A stretch of DNA of 63,505 nucleotides, filler included, from Octopus bimaculoides (lineage: Eukaryota), in the NCBI RefSeq assembly GCF_001194135.2. It is 5 parts of 5 records of this genome, joined end to end, with 100 filler letters (N's around TTAATTAATTAA, not from the genome) between each part and the next. Parts side by side here need not be neighbours in the genome. Positions count along the whole stretch, not along the records: positions 30,908 to 42,740 come from NC_068982.1; positions 42,841 to 61,947 come from NC_068986.1; 3 more parts are not named here. One strand, written 5' to 3'. The position numbers and the translations under genes were made by a program. The notes beneath the pieces were generated by a model. It was not told the origin of the DNA. It saw only the letters and a program-made list of their open reading frames with translations, and did no database searches. How positions within the stretch are numbered: position 1 is the stretch's first letter; each line of letters begins with the position of its first letter. Shown here one piece after another: positions 40,616 through 53,670 of the stretch.

Positions 40616-40843
40616 CGAGCTGGCAGAATCTTTAGCACGCCGGGCGAAATGCTTAGCGGTATTTCGTCTCGCGTTACGTTCTGAGTTCAACTCCGCCATG
40701 GTCGACTTTGCCTTTCATCCTTTCGGGATCGATTAAATAAGTACCAGTTACAAACTGAGGTTGATATAATTCACTTAAAACCTCTGTCCTTGTTTGTCCT
40801 CTCTATGTTTACCCCCTCCCCCCTGTGGGCAATAACGAAATAA
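40616..40843 (+). mobile_element. SINE family B with the alternative TTTGTCC-type tail
   Basis: GAGCTGGCAGAATCTTTAGCACGCCGGGCGAAATGCTTAG...TTGTTTGTCCTCTCTATGTTTACCCCC...GTGGGCAATAACGAAATAA. Confidence 0.92.
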
Positions 40844-42009
40844 ATGAGTACGAACTCACCTTGGTTTTTATCTCTTCAGGCTGCTGGGCAATCCCTTTCG
40901 ATAGTAGAGTAATCCCTTTCAAAATATCAGTTAACCTTATTGAAATCGGTTTCAAACTAAAATCAGAGCTGAAAGCTTCAAGACCGATTTCGATTTTATA
41001 CGTTAAACTAAACACATTGTAGTCACCATATATGTGTCGATCCGTAAAGGAATGGTGACATTAAATTGAATTAAACGGAGGAAATATATTGCTTTGATAT
41101 CATAATATTTTAAGACTTTTATTAATTTCAGAGTTAACTGCAAACTGCTGCACTCGGTTAGTATCAATTATTCTCGATGTCGATCAGAAACTAAATGGCA
41201 TTTAAATTTTCTTCAAAGTCAATGTTGTGCAATGCAGCAATTTTCTTTCCCTAAAGTTTCATATTTTCCTCCACCAATGGATGACACATGATTCACAATT
41301 ATTTTAAATTTGCAGTAAGATCTGATAATTCTATTGCATTGTAAAATCGAACAGAACTTATGAGTATAAAGTCTAATCGAGAGACAATGAGGTGAAAAAG
41401 ATTGCGTTGTATCAAGTGAGACACAATTTGCTAATATATATTGAGGTGAGATTTCTCATTACATTCGTTAGGCGACGTTTCAGTACCATTTTTTAAAATC
41501 ATTTTAATGCAAACTGATAGGTAGTACTAATTTACTATTGAATTCTTTCGATAAGGAGGGTAACAATTAAATTATTTTGAGATGAAGTCTTTCGGAAGAA
41601 TACTTGTACAGCGTGTGAAATTAAAATCTTAAATAGAGAAATAAAACGAAATTTCTGCGATCACTTGATTTGAATTTAACTTGCCTTCAGTTTATATTAC
41701 CCAATTGTATTACATCGAATACTGTAAATGGTGAATGTGTGCAACAGAAATGGACGGGGTATATAATCGGTATTTAAATTCAGTCGAATGTTTTTCGTTT
41801 TCATGTATCTGAAAGCAATTAAATAACTTGCAGAAATATTCTTTGCATGATATACTTGCATTCATGCATTTCCTGCAGTAAGTTACAAGTGAAGATTATA
41901 CCAACGAACTTCTGTAAACAAGTGATAGACATAATTTCATTTAAGAAAATATTGATATTTTGTATAACATTAGTACCACAGAATTTACAGTGTATATGCG
42001 AATATATAA

Positions 42010-42213
42010 GGTGGTAAGCTGGCAGGGACGCCGGGCGAAATGCTTAGCAGTATTCCGTCTGTCTTTACGTTATGAAATCTATTTCCGCCGAGGTCGACTT
42101 TGCCTTTCATCATTTCGAGATCGATAAATTAAGTACTAGTTGCATACTGGGGAGGATGTAATCGACTGTCCCACTCCCTAAAAATGTCGAGCATTGTGCT
42201 TAGAGTAGAAAAG
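42010..42213 (+). mobile_element. SINE family B copy
   Basis: GGTGGTAAGCTGGCAG..ACGCCGGGCGAAATGCTTAG...CCGCCGAGGTCGACTTTGCCTTTCATC...GATGTAATCGACT. Confidence 0.9.
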
Positions 42214-43767
42214 AGCATGTATGCGAATATAAAATTCATGTTTGTTTTCAATGTTAAAAAATTAAAATATAAATATAATTTTCATTTTGTAGTCACTCTA
42301 CAACATTTTGTAGCAGTCATACTTAAGTATGAGAGAAGATAGAGCGCATGTGCAGTGGGATAAACTACGAACAGTGACATATTCATTTTAATGCGGCAGA
42401 ACGGATCGTCAGGAATTAAATAAGAACTGCAAGGAAATATTTTAAAAATATAATAATGCTTTCGAAAACAGTATTATATAATAGAAAGCTAAACAAAAAC
42501 AAGTGAGCTATTCTTAATAATTAGTCCTTTAACTTTCTAATTATAAAACATCAAACTGTTTAACAATGTATATTGATACTTGAGGGGGGGGGACTTCGAA
42601 AGCCATGTAGGATTGTAGAATTTAGGTGAGAAGATTTCTCATAAATATTGACGTTTCAAACAAAGTTGCATTTATTTTTATGTATGAATATTCATGATTT
42701 GACGTGCATTTCATTACGTAAATTTGTGTGTATGCGTGTGNNNNNNNNNNNNNNNNNNNNNNNNNNNNNNNNNNNNNNNNNNNNTTAATTAATTAANNNN
42801 NNNNNNNNNNNNNNNNNNNNNNNNNNNNNNNNNNNNNNNNTATATATATATATATATATATATATATGCATGCTTGTTTAGAGACAAAGAGAGAAATAGT
42901 AAGGCTATGAATTACGCATATTTATACATAACATGCTTAAACACCTACTTATACACGTAGCATCACATACTTATATGCATAGACTAAGGTGCACCTTGAA
43001 ACTGTTTTTATTTTGGCTTTTCTTTTTTTTATTTTGCTTTACATCAGTTCACAATACTTCTAGAACATTAACACACAAAACCATGGATCCCAAATAATTT
43101 TAACACGTAAACACCGATATCACTTGAATTATACACACCACAGAATTTTACCCGTTAAATTCCACACAATTCAAAAGCACAAAGTACACATATTTCTCAC
43201 CCATGATATGTAAAAGCAAAATGCCTGAATATCTCTGCAACAGGATTTATAGCTCAGTGTTATTACGTTTGAGATTCATCAAATTCGTAGCAACCATTTC
43301 ATTGAGTACATTTGTATTTCTTAAGTCATCGCCCGTCGCTTTTACAGATTTCTGTTGTTCGTCGTTGTCGTCGCCATCGTTCTAGTTTTTATTATTGTTG
43401 ATAGTAGTGGCGGTGGCGGTGGCGCTGGTGATGGTGATGGTGATGGTGGTGGTGGTAGTGGTGGTGGTGTCGTTATTGTTGTGATTAGTGTTGTCGTTGT
43501 TATTCTTTACTAACAATCGAGCCCTTTACGAGTTGGCCTATGATAATAGTCGTACTTGTTACGACAAGGACTTTCTTCCAAACATTACTGTATCTAGGAG
43601 TACATTTTAGAATGTGTTCTTCAGCACTTCTAAGACAGTGAGATTTGATTTAAGTGAAATTTGGCTGTAATTATTATGAGAGTGAGTAGCTATGTAAAAA
43701 AAAATAAGTCAACAACAGGTAAAGAGGTGGTTGTATGGTAAGGAGCTTGATTCCCAACTACATAATA

Positions 43768-43910
43768 TGCCACACATTTCTAATGCGTACACCAAAAGTT
43801 TGTAATGCGTACACCACACGTATCTAATGCATACACCACGTTTCTAATGCATACACCACACATTTCTACTGCGTACACCACACGTTTTTAATGCGTACAC
43901 CACACGCTCT
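43768..43910. repeat. 22-bp minisatellite, about 6.5 units of ATGCGTACACCACACGTTTCTA
   Basis: Directly abutting units with point variants; no spacers. Confidence 0.92.
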
Positions 43911-44388
43911 CTTCTCAGTCCATGCCCAAATTGCACACAATTCTTGTTCATGCACCAAACAGTACAGCAAACAGAGTAAATAGTATAGTACAATACTATT
44001 ACAATGAGACAACAATATGAAAGAATATTGAACATAACCTATAAAGAAAAAGACCTCTTATTAATTCTATATAAAAATTATTTACCAAGTTTATTCCAAA
44101 ATAATATTGGCTACATAAACTTAAGGGAGAATATTAGAGTACGACAACTGGAGGATCGCGATTTCAACATAATTAATTCTCACTTACTGTGAATGAGCTG
44201 AACTGTAAATACAGCTGCAAATATACTAATTTGCTTGCATATCTTTCACATAACAAATTTACCAGTAAAGCATGAAGTAACGAAACCAATGTCTAAATAA
44301 CCGTTCTGAGATGAGGTTTTCCGAGCATGAAATACGCGAGCAGCATGTGCCGTGATTAACACTGCACGGAATCTTGGTATACAAACCT

Positions 44389-44430
<42 letters not shown>

Positions 44431-45953
44431 TTTATATATCTATATAAATTTGTATGTATTTATATATATATATATATTTATACATCTATATACATTTATA
44501 TACATATATANNNNNNNNNNNNNNNNNNNNNNNNNNNNNNNNNNNNNNNNNNNNNNNNNNNNNNNNNNNNNNNNNNNNNNNNNNNNNNNNNNNNNNNNNN
44601 NNNNNNNNNNNNNNNNNNNNNNNNNNNNNNNNNNNNNNNNNNNNNNNNNNNNNNNNNNNNNNNNNNNNNNNNNNNNNNNNNNNNNNNNNNNNNNNNNNNN
44701 NNNNNNNNNNNNNNNNNNNNNNNNNNNNNNNNNNNNNNNNNNNNNNNNNNNNNNNNNNNNNNNNNNNNNNNNNNNNNNNNNNNNNNNNNNNNNNNNNNNN
44801 NNNNNNNNNNNNNNNNNNNNNNNNNNNNNNNNNNNNNNNNNNNNNNNNNNNNNNNNNNNNNNNNNNNNNNNNNNNNNNNNNNNNNNNNNNNNNNNNNNNN
44901 NNNNNNNNNNAGCAGGGTTCGCCACCATCCGCTGCCGGAGGCTCGTGGAGCTTTATATGACAACTAACTTAAGCGATAGTTGCAAGCATGCATATAAGAA
45001 CGAAATGTCATATTTATATTGTCATCATCCAAATGAAAAGAATTCTCTTACTTTTATTACCTGTTTTTCGTCTAAGACAGAAGTAATGTCTCGTAATGTT
45101 GCAGGGCGTTCTATGAGTGCTCATATACATACATATATACATACATACATACATACATACATACATACATACATACATACATACATACATACATACATAC
45201 ATAAAAGAAATTAACCAACTGACTTGTTCATAGCTCGCATAAATACAATCTGTAAGAGGAACAGTAAAAATATGCAATACTTTTTTCATATTCAGAATTG
45301 ACATTGCTTTCATTATCTATATTCCAGCGATGGGACTTTGTATCTTTGTTAGAACCCAGCTGTTTCCTCAGAGGAAGTATTTATATAATTAAAAACAGAA
45401 GAGAACATACATACATACATACATACATACATACATACATACATACATACATACATACAAGTATAGGTTCATGTCTGTGTGTATGTGTGCGCGTCACTGA
45501 GTGAATTTGTCTCTGTGTATGTATGTATGACTTCAACAATGTATGTGTATGTGCTTATATGGGCAAGCCCGTGCACAGTAGGACATGACGTCAAAAATTA
45601 CTAGACGCCATTGTTTTTTAACAATTTGTTTACAGAATCATTGAATGGAATTTGATACATCTAAATACATGGCCTAGTAATTTAGTAACCTTGCCATTTT
45701 AAAAGCAAAATGCATTTCCTTTCAAACGTCATTACAATAATTTCTGAAACTGTAGCAATATATCCCTCTACAATCCATACAACGATCGCATAATTGTTTT
45801 CAACACAGATTTTTTTTTTTACATGGTTCTTTAGACTGTATTTATTATAATCACAAAATTTTCATCCATGTCAGAAGACTGACAGATAAATTTCCAGGCC
45901 GCATTTTTCTTTTGCAATTCATTTGTGTATATTTTTCGTTATATTTATGGTTT

Positions 45954-46003
<50 letters not shown>

Positions 46004-46194
46004 TGGACAACATCATTTAATATACAAAATTCCAAGTTCCCTCTGTGAAAAACTAATAAACTTGGTAGATACACTCACAAGCACATATATATACACAAAC
46101 AGACTTACATCGTCTAAAATACAAATTTTCTCCATTTACACCCCCTTCGAACGAGCGTCTTTTCACCCATTTTCTTTCTGAAGAAAACGGTCCT

Positions 46195-46199
46195 TAATA

Positions 46200-46250
<51 letters not shown>

Positions 46251-46372
46251 CCTTTCTACTATAGGCACAAGGCCTGAACTTTTGGGGGGAGGGTGCCAGT
46301 CGATTAGATCGACTCCAGTACGCGACTGGTACTTAATTTATCGACCCCGAAAGGTTGAAAGGCGGATTTGAC
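46195..46372 (-). mobile_element. SINE family B 3' part with long (ATT)n tail
   Basis: (AAT)n CCTTTCTACTATAGGCACAAGGCC...GTCGATTAGATCGAC...TACTTAATTTATCGACCCCGAAAGG. Confidence 0.9.
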
Positions 46373-46456
46373 AGACAGTACAAACCCCCGGTAGACACAA
46401 TATCTTCAATCAATAACATCACGATATTGAATATTGTGGGACATCTTAATAATAAT
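46372..46456 (+). mobile_element. Second R4/Dong-like 3' UTR fragment
   Basis: ACAGTACAAACCCCCGGTAGACACAATATCTTCAATCAA matches the reverse complement of 3030-3090 (ACAGTACAAATCCCCAGTAGACACAATATCTTCAATCAA); ends TAATAATAAT. Confidence 0.85.
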
Positions 46457-46745
46457 CCATTCTATTATAGGCACAAGGCCTGAAATTTTGAGAGAGGTGA
46501 CTAGTCCATCGACCTAAGTGTTCCACTAGTACTTAATTTATCGACCCAGAAAGGATGAAAGGCAAAATTGATAATACTATTAAGACCTGTAATTTTGGGT
46601 GTGGAGGTTATTCGATTACATCGACCTCAATATTTAACTGGTAACAGAAAGAATGAAAGGCAAAGTTAACCTCGGTTGAAGTTGAACTCAGAAACATGTC
46701 GTTTACCATTTTGTCCGTTACACTAACGATGATGATGATTTCTTT
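46457..46745 (-). mobile_element. Two further tandem SINE family B fragments
   Basis: TATAGGCACAAGGCCTGAAATTTT...GATGAAAGGCAAA, then TCGATTACATCGAC...GAATGAAAGGCAAAGTT...TTGAACTCAGAA. Confidence 0.8.
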
Positions 46746-47391
46746 CAGTTGCCATCAGGGCGACGGATGATGGGGGAGCTGACAGACACAATGTGTGTGT
46801 ATTTATATAGGGTGAAATGGTTTGAAGAAAAATAGTATACATGGTATAACAGTATTAACAAGATGATAATAATATCTGTCGTCTTTTGTCCGTCACTATT
46901 GCTTCGTTATAGAATAATATATCAGCCATCTGGAGAAGATACGGATGGAGTTATTCAATAATTTATTTATTTTTATACACACCAGATGTGGGATGTAGAA
47001 TCCAAACCTAGGGATGGAAGAGAACTATCGAATTTGTTACAATGGTTTGGATTTTTTTTCGTTTTTTTTTCTTTTCATAATTAGCATTGTAATCCGTGTT
47101 GTTGTTGTTGATGATGTTGTTGCTACTGTTGTTGTGGATGGGAATGAGTGGGATCGACGATGATACAGACAGAGGTTTTCCGGGTGTCGGTTGTGGATTG
47201 TTTTCAATTATTCATTGCAATAGAGGATTGCCGTTAACCATTGTCTGGATGTGTTACTGTTGCTGCCGTTCTAGTTGTTATTTATCATCATCATCATCAT
47301 CATCAGCATCATCATCATCATATTTCATCATCAACATTACTATTACTGCCAATGTTATCACTTCATTTTCACCCAATCATTCAGCCTTACC

Positions 47392-47407
47392 CCCCTCTCT
47401 CTTTCTC

Positions 47408-47495
<88 letters not shown>
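47392..47495. repeat. (CT)n microsatellite
   Basis: Direct read of the sequence. Confidence 0.95.
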
Positions 47496-47498
<3 letters not shown>

Positions 47499-47599
47499 AA
47501 CTCATATTCCATATGTTTGAGAATTAATATCCATTTTGAGTCAAAGAACAAATTCCTGTCTGTTCTAAAAAGACTAAATCCATTAACAAATTCAAAGAC

Positions 47600-47830
47600 A
47601 ACTGGCCAGTTATTAGTGTTATTTTCTTTTAGTTACAGTTTATTCCCGAACAAAGCTACGACCAAAGGCGTTCCGGCCGTAACCATCCCATTTTCCCTAT
47701 GTGCACGGAAGCCAAGATCACATCATACCAAGTGCATTTTTAAGACAATAGTATGTGATTTAGGGGAGATTTGGCTGTTATTTCTAGCAGAGTCAGTGAC
47801 TAAAAATGATTCCCTTGATGGCTTAGTTTG
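47600..47830 (+). mobile_element. Dispersed repeat family C copy
   Basis: ACGACCAAAGGCGTTCCGGCCGTAACCATCCC...GATTTAGGGGAGATTTGGCTGTTATTTCTAGCAG; related pieces at 39.9-40.1 kb and 43.6 kb (GATTTAAGTGAAATTTGGCTG). Confidence 0.6.
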
Positions 47831-47884
47831 CACACTGTTATATAGTATACACACCAATATTTAATAAATTCTTTTAATTTTTGA

Positions 47885-48060
47885 CTCAAAACCAACAATT
47901 GTGAGAGCGCTTGACTGGTACTTGATTATATCGACCCGGAAAGGATGAAGGGCAAAGTCGAAATTGGCGGGATTTGGCCTCAGAACGTAAAAAGTTGGAA
48001 AAAATGCGATTGAGTGTTTTGTCCAACGCGCCATCGATTCTGTCAGCTCGCCGTCTTTGA
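47885..48060 (-). mobile_element. SINE family B copy
   Basis: TGGTACTT...TATCGACCCGGAAAGGATGAAGGGCAAAGTCGA...CGATTCTGTCAGCTCGCCGTCTT. Confidence 0.88.
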
Positions 48061-48127
48061 CCAATATTTAATAAAATTGACAAATGTTATAGACAGAGAA
48101 CTCTTACATTATAGAGGATATTTCTTG

Positions 48128-48226
48128 CTTTGATATGTCATTTGCTTTTCTATATTAGTGTTTGATATGTGTCATTTGTTTTTTCATATTAGTGTTTGAC
48201 ATATGTCATTTGTTTTTGGTATTAGT
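48128..48226. repeat. ~33-bp tandem repeat, about 3 units (ATATTAGTGTTTGATATGTGTCATTTGTTTTTC)
   Basis: Direct read of the sequence. Confidence 0.85.
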
Positions 48227-49344
48227 GCAGACATAACCTGTAAGTTAGTGGTTCGACAAAAGAACTGATAAAATAAGTTAAGTACCAGATTTAAAAAGAA
48301 AAGTACTAGAGTTGATTCGCTGGTCAACTTGAGGCTCTGGTAGAAGACACTTGGCAAAGTTTCTGCGTATTAGAATTGAGCATGGGTCTATGAGGTTATA
48401 GAAGCGAGGTTTTTAACCATGCAGCTATACTTGCGCCTTGCTTTGCTATGAAATAAATGTTTATCCAGAATATAATAAAGAACCATTGAGAGTGAGAGAG
48501 TGACAGATATGAAACCTTCAGCTCAGTCATCGTGACTTTTTTAAAAGAACTGTGAAGATCAGAGTGATTGAACATGTAACAGTATATTTCATAGAGATCT
48601 TTGACGAGTTCTTTTTTTTTTTTTTTAACACTACGAGGGTCATGAATGTTTGTGATATGACGATGATATTTCACTCTAGGATAAATACAATAAATACAAA
48701 ACACATCACACTCACATACACACATACACATGTGCACAATCATATAGAGACACACACAGGCACATGAACAGAAAGCTAAAGTGTTGAACAAAGAAAGAAT
48801 TCCTGATACTCAACAAATATTTAGATCGTAAAAAAGTCGGTCAAATTGAGGCTACTAAAGTGTCGTCACTTATTTTTGCAGCGTATTTCAGTAAATATCT
48901 GTAATTGTATGCAAATAAATTCGAGAAAGTACATAAACTGCGCTTTAATTCGTAAAAAACACATAGGCTACGCTTTTAAAAAGTGACCGAAACATATCAT
49001 GTTCAATATATAAATATTTGCTTATATTCTAAACTTTATATAATGAAACGTGGCATTTGTATTTGCATTTATGGGGTTATTTAATTCGTTTCTCTCTCTC
49101 TTTTCCTTAAATTATTTTCCTTTTAAGAATGAGCCATTGAATCTAAGGGAATCCATGCATTTATCGAAATATTTGCACTTGAGTTTTATTACCTTTGAAA
49201 ATAGTAAGTCCAGAAAGTAAAAAGAGACGGGAAACTGTCTGGTGTATTGCCTTTAAATGAAGATATATCTCATCATTCGAATTACTAGCAGACACTTGAG
49301 ATATGAAGAAAGAAGAGTAATATCTAGATATGATATGAAGAGAA

Positions 49345-49630
49345 GACGAAATACCGCTAAGCATTTGTCCGGCATGCTAACGATTCTGCCAGTTCGCCGC
49401 CTTTCCAATAGTGTAAATAATTATATCAAGTTGTAGTACAAGGCTAGTAACTTCGTGGGAAGGAAAAAGTCGATTACATCGACCCCACTGATCAACTTAT
49501 TATATTGACCCTGAGAGGATGAAAAGCAAAGTCAACCTCGGCAGAATTTGAACTCAGAACGTAAGGACAGACGAGATACCGCTAAGCATTTCGCCCGGCG
49601 TGCAAACGATTCTGCCAGCTCGTCGCCTCA
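49345..49630 (-). mobile_element. SINE family B copy plus a duplicated head fragment
   Basis: ATACCGCTAAGCATTT...CTAACGATTCTGCCAGTTCGCCGCC occurs at 49351-49401 and again at 49577-49628. Confidence 0.88.
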
Positions 49631-49719
49631 ACAATATAAATAATACGCATAAATATATATCTTTGGGAGAGCGCTTCTCAAACTTATGAGAGCAGCGAAA
49701 GTAATGAATACAAAATGTC

Positions 49720-49995
49720 CCCAAAGTGATAAGAGTTAAGTAGCTATGAGATGAAGATAACGATATGAGAGCGATTATATTTCATGAAAATTATATTAGT
49801 GAAGTAGATGATGGAGATGCTGGAGATGATAGCAATAGCTTTGGTGACTGGAGAAGTCGAAGGTAAATAAATTATGCTAATAACTATGACGTGTATTGCT
49901 GGAATGTTAGTTAATGCGAAATAAATAGCGACGTTATCAACAATAAAATGGAGATCACGTTACAATTAAATCCTCTGATGGTCAAGGAAATAAGG
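49720..49995 (-). repeat. Unclassified repeat E, copy 1
   Basis: Reverse complement TTGATAACGTCGCTATTTATTTCGCATTAACTAACATTCCAGC...ATCTCATAGCTACTTAAC matches 51720-51950. Confidence 0.9.
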
Positions 49996-50379
49996 GCAGG
50001 GTTAACTCACTGGCATATTCGCCTGTTTAGATGTTGGGGTTGAGCAATTGTAGTCCCAAGAATGGACAGAGCTTAAATATACAAAAGAAAATATTGCTTA
50101 ACCACTTATATCGTTGAGCCACAACGTTCATATTTTCGTAGAGTGCGACCGAGTTCATTTTCATGCAGCTGATTTGCGGTCAGAAATTGAATCTTTAAAA
50201 TTGAAATTATTTTTATTTGACGTTTTAAACTTTTTTTCGAAAATTCTTTGCGATTTCAGTCAAAAGTGCTTCTTTCTTATCTCCTCCGTTTTTCTCTTTC
50301 CCACTCCCCCCTCTCTCTCTCACACACACACACTCACTTTATGCAATTCACTGCTCTCATATGTATATATGTGTGTGTA

Positions 50380-50422
<43 letters not shown>

Positions 50423-51049
50423 NNNNNNNNNNNNNNNNNNNNNNNNNNNNNNNNNNNNNNNNNNNNNNNNNNNNNNNNNNNNNNNNNNNNNNNNNNNNNN
50501 NNNNNNNNNNNNNNNNNNNNNNNNNNNNNNNNNNNNNNNNNNNNNNNNNNNNNNNNNNNNNNNNNNNNNNNNNNNNNNNNNNNNNNNNNNNNNNNNNNNN
50601 NNNNNNNNNNNNNNNNNNNNNNNNNNNNNNNNNNNNNNNNNNNNNNNNNNNNNNNNNNNNNNNNNNNNNNNNNNNNNNNNNNNNNNNNNNNNNNNNNNNN
50701 NNNNNNNNNNNNNNNNNNNNNNNNNNNNNNNNNNNNNNNNNNNNNNNNNNNNNNNNNNNNNNNNNNNNNNNNNNNNNNNNNNNNNNNNNNNNNNNNNNNN
50801 NNNNNNNNNNNNNNNNNNNNNNNNNNNNNNNNNNNNNNNNNNNNNNNNNNNNNNNNNNNNNNNNNNNNNNNNNNNNNNNNNNNNNNNNNNNNNNNNNNNN
50901 NNNNNNNNNNNNNNNNNNNNNNCACACATATATACATTATTTCACCGTTTCGTTTTCCTGTCTTGTTTTCCGTCCGCCACTACCCTCCACGAAAACAATT
51001 TAATTTGTGTTCGTGGGAAGAACCATTTTAACGATGCGTACTGCCTTAA

Positions 51050-51190
51050 TTCTTCGAAACGCCGGAGTTTTAATGGTGGCAGCTGATGAAGGGGATGTTT
51101 CTATGTGGCCTGCTTGTTTGTTACACCTTGTTTACCATTTTGTCCTTGTTCTTTTGCCACGTCATGTATCCAGTTATGTATCTATATGTA
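51050..51190 (+). repeat. Unclassified repeat D, copy 1
   Basis: TTCGAAACGCCGGAGT..CTGATGAAGGGG..TATGT, shared with the minus strand of 57150-57335. Confidence 0.6.
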
Positions 51191-51299
51191 CATGTAGATG
51201 AACGTATATACATACATGTACATATATATGCATATACTCATATATTGTTTATATATATACATACATATATATATATATATTCATTTATATATGCGTGTG

Positions 51300-51330
<31 letters not shown>

Positions 51331-51659
51331 TCACACACACACACATAGTGAGGCAGAGGAAGTAGAAAGGTAAGAATAGACAACGAAAGGGAAGTGAGTG
51401 AAAGAAGAAAACGGAGAGAGGAAGGAGACAAGAACAATGTTTCTTTGATTGCAACCGAAAATAATTAATTCGAACGCATACAATATGCAAATCAGAAAAC
51501 AAAGTTTCCTTCTAACACAACAATCTGGTAAGAGATTATAAGCAATGTTTTCTTTTCTTATATTATAACAAAAATGTAAACCTGAGTTTGGCCCATTCCT
51601 GAGATTTGCTGTTGCTAAAACATAACATTCAAACAGACGGAGTTGTCACTGAGCTGATC

Positions 51660-51955
51660 CTACTCTAATTCTTTGACCAGGAGAGAGTTTCATTGTCATG
51701 TGACTTCATCGATATGATCTTTGATAACATCGCTATTTATTTCGCATTAACTAACATTCCAGCTACACTCGTCATGGTTATTAGCAGAATTAATTTACCC
51801 GCGACTCCTCCAATTACCAACGATATCAGCATCATCACCATAATCTCCATCATCTCTATCGTCTGCTTAACTAATATACAATCTTCATGAAATATGATCT
51901 CTGTCATATCGTTCTCTTTATCTCATAACTACTTAACCCCTTTCACTTTGAAGGC
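51660..51955 (+). repeat. Unclassified repeat E, copy 2
   Basis: TTGATAACATCGCTATTTATTTCGCATTAACTAACATTCCAGCTACACTCGTCATGGTTATTAGC. Confidence 0.9.
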
Positions 51956-52047
51956 GCTTTGTATTCATTGCCTTCGCTGCACACACACACACACGTATAT
52001 ACATACGTGTGTGTGTACGTGTGTGTACGTGCCTGTGGGCGCGCGTG

Positions 52048-52097
<50 letters not shown>

Positions 52098-52379
52098 NNN
52101 NNNNNNNTATATGTATATATATATGTATATGTATATATATATATATTTATATATATATATGTGTGTGTATATATATATGTCTGTGTATATATATATGTGT
52201 GTATATATATATGTGTGTAAATATATATAGATGTGTGTATACATATATGTGTGTGTATATATATATGTGTGTATATATATATGTGTGTATATATATATGT
52301 GTGTGTATATATATGTATTATATATATGTATTATATATATATATGTGTGTGTGTGTGTATGTGTATATATATAGATATT

Positions 52380-53322
52380 ACTTATAAAGTCTGCTCGAAG
52401 ATCACAGCCCATAACCTTTACTGAGATTGATGAAGTTGATGCGGTTAATGCTCCATTTAATTTGTCGCAGGTCGACATTTGCAGGAAAACAAGAAGAAAA
52501 ATACATGCATGGGAAGAAAATTCTGGAAGGCCTATAGTATGAGGAAGAAGGACTGGTCACAGTGATAAGTACTGCGTCAGAAGACTGGAAATAACAAGGT
52601 TGGTGAAACGTGGAGAGATGAGTGGATAGGGGCAGCCTGAATAGGACAAGCACGTGACCACCCAAATCGTGGAACTGACGCCATTAATGTAGCTTTGGGG
52701 AAGACAAAAAAGGTGATAGTATACCTATGGGCTGGAGGTTGCGGTTAGACCGCTTAGTGGCTCTTCTCTCGATACTACCCGACATATATGTGTATGTAAT
52801 CCAGATGTGGGTGCTGTACTCCGGTGTGGGTGAGCCGTCAGCCTTGTATAGTGTCAGTAACTGTTGAGAGCTAAAACATCTTTTGGTCTTGAAAAGAAGG
52901 GCTTGTGTTTAGGATGTAGTACAGATATTCTAAGCATGTGCTTTCGCTAAGAGAAGTACTTGGTGATAGTGTGGCCTGGCATTTCGCACAACTGTGAGAG
53001 CTCTAGCTGAACGCCACTCGTGCTTGAAAGGGGTATACTGTTGTAGAATTTTCTTGATATGAATAGTACATGGGGTTTTTTTTTTTTGAATGCAACAAGG
53101 TTGGTATGGTTCCTCTAAACGATTTTTTAAAGTCTCAAAGCTTATAGAGTCAATGTTAGTTTGACGTGTGGTGTTCAGATTGCGTGTGAATGACGCATGG
53201 TTAGAGTAAGAGTGGGGTGAAGAGTCGTACATTTGTATAAGAATGGATATTGCTGGATGTGGCAGCAGATAGATCATTGATGTATATGAGGAAAGGAATG
53301 AGGGACAAAGCCGAACCCAACA
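52380..53322 (-). mobile_element. Degenerate CR1/L2-group LINE 3' end (RT C-half to terminus)
   Basis: Minus strand LGSALSLIPFLIYINDL...IHSY(ADD degraded to TNV), NLVAF..KT, QLLTLYKA...[23 protein letters not shown]; many frameshifts. Confidence 0.85.
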
Positions 53323-53459
53323 TCGCTAAATGATTTGTTGCTTTCTATAAATTATCTAACAATACAAATGCTATACCTAAACACACGTATGCTTAGATAC
53401 TATGCATAGATACGGACACACATACATATCCACGCATGCATATCCTGTGTATACTGGTT

Positions 53460-53670
53460 TCAATATTTTATTTGGCACAAGGCCATCAATTTCGAGGTGG
53501 GGGTGCGCATGTGGATTACATCAACCCAAGTGCACAACTGGTACATATTTTATCGACTCCGAAAGAACGAAAGGCGAAGTCGAACGCAGCAGGACTAGAA
53601 CTTAAAACGTAAAGACAGACGAAAGGCCAAACTGGCAGAGTCAACGATTCTGCCAGCTCTCCGCCTTGTG
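53460..53670 (-). mobile_element. SINE family B copy
   Basis: GGCACAAGGCC...GATTACATCAACCC...GAAAGGCGAAGTCGA...CGATTCTGCCAGCTCTCCGCCTT. Confidence 0.88.

Noticed and set aside
43768-43910. CRISPR-like look of the 22-bp repeats
   Set aside because: Units abut with no unique spacers, there are no cas genes, and the context is eukaryotic.
46749-46800. AIRATDDGG, resembling a cadherin AxDxG motif after a TTTCAG acceptor
   Set aside because: The acceptor derives from a decayed SINE B head, the donor is poor, and there is no other cadherin sequence.
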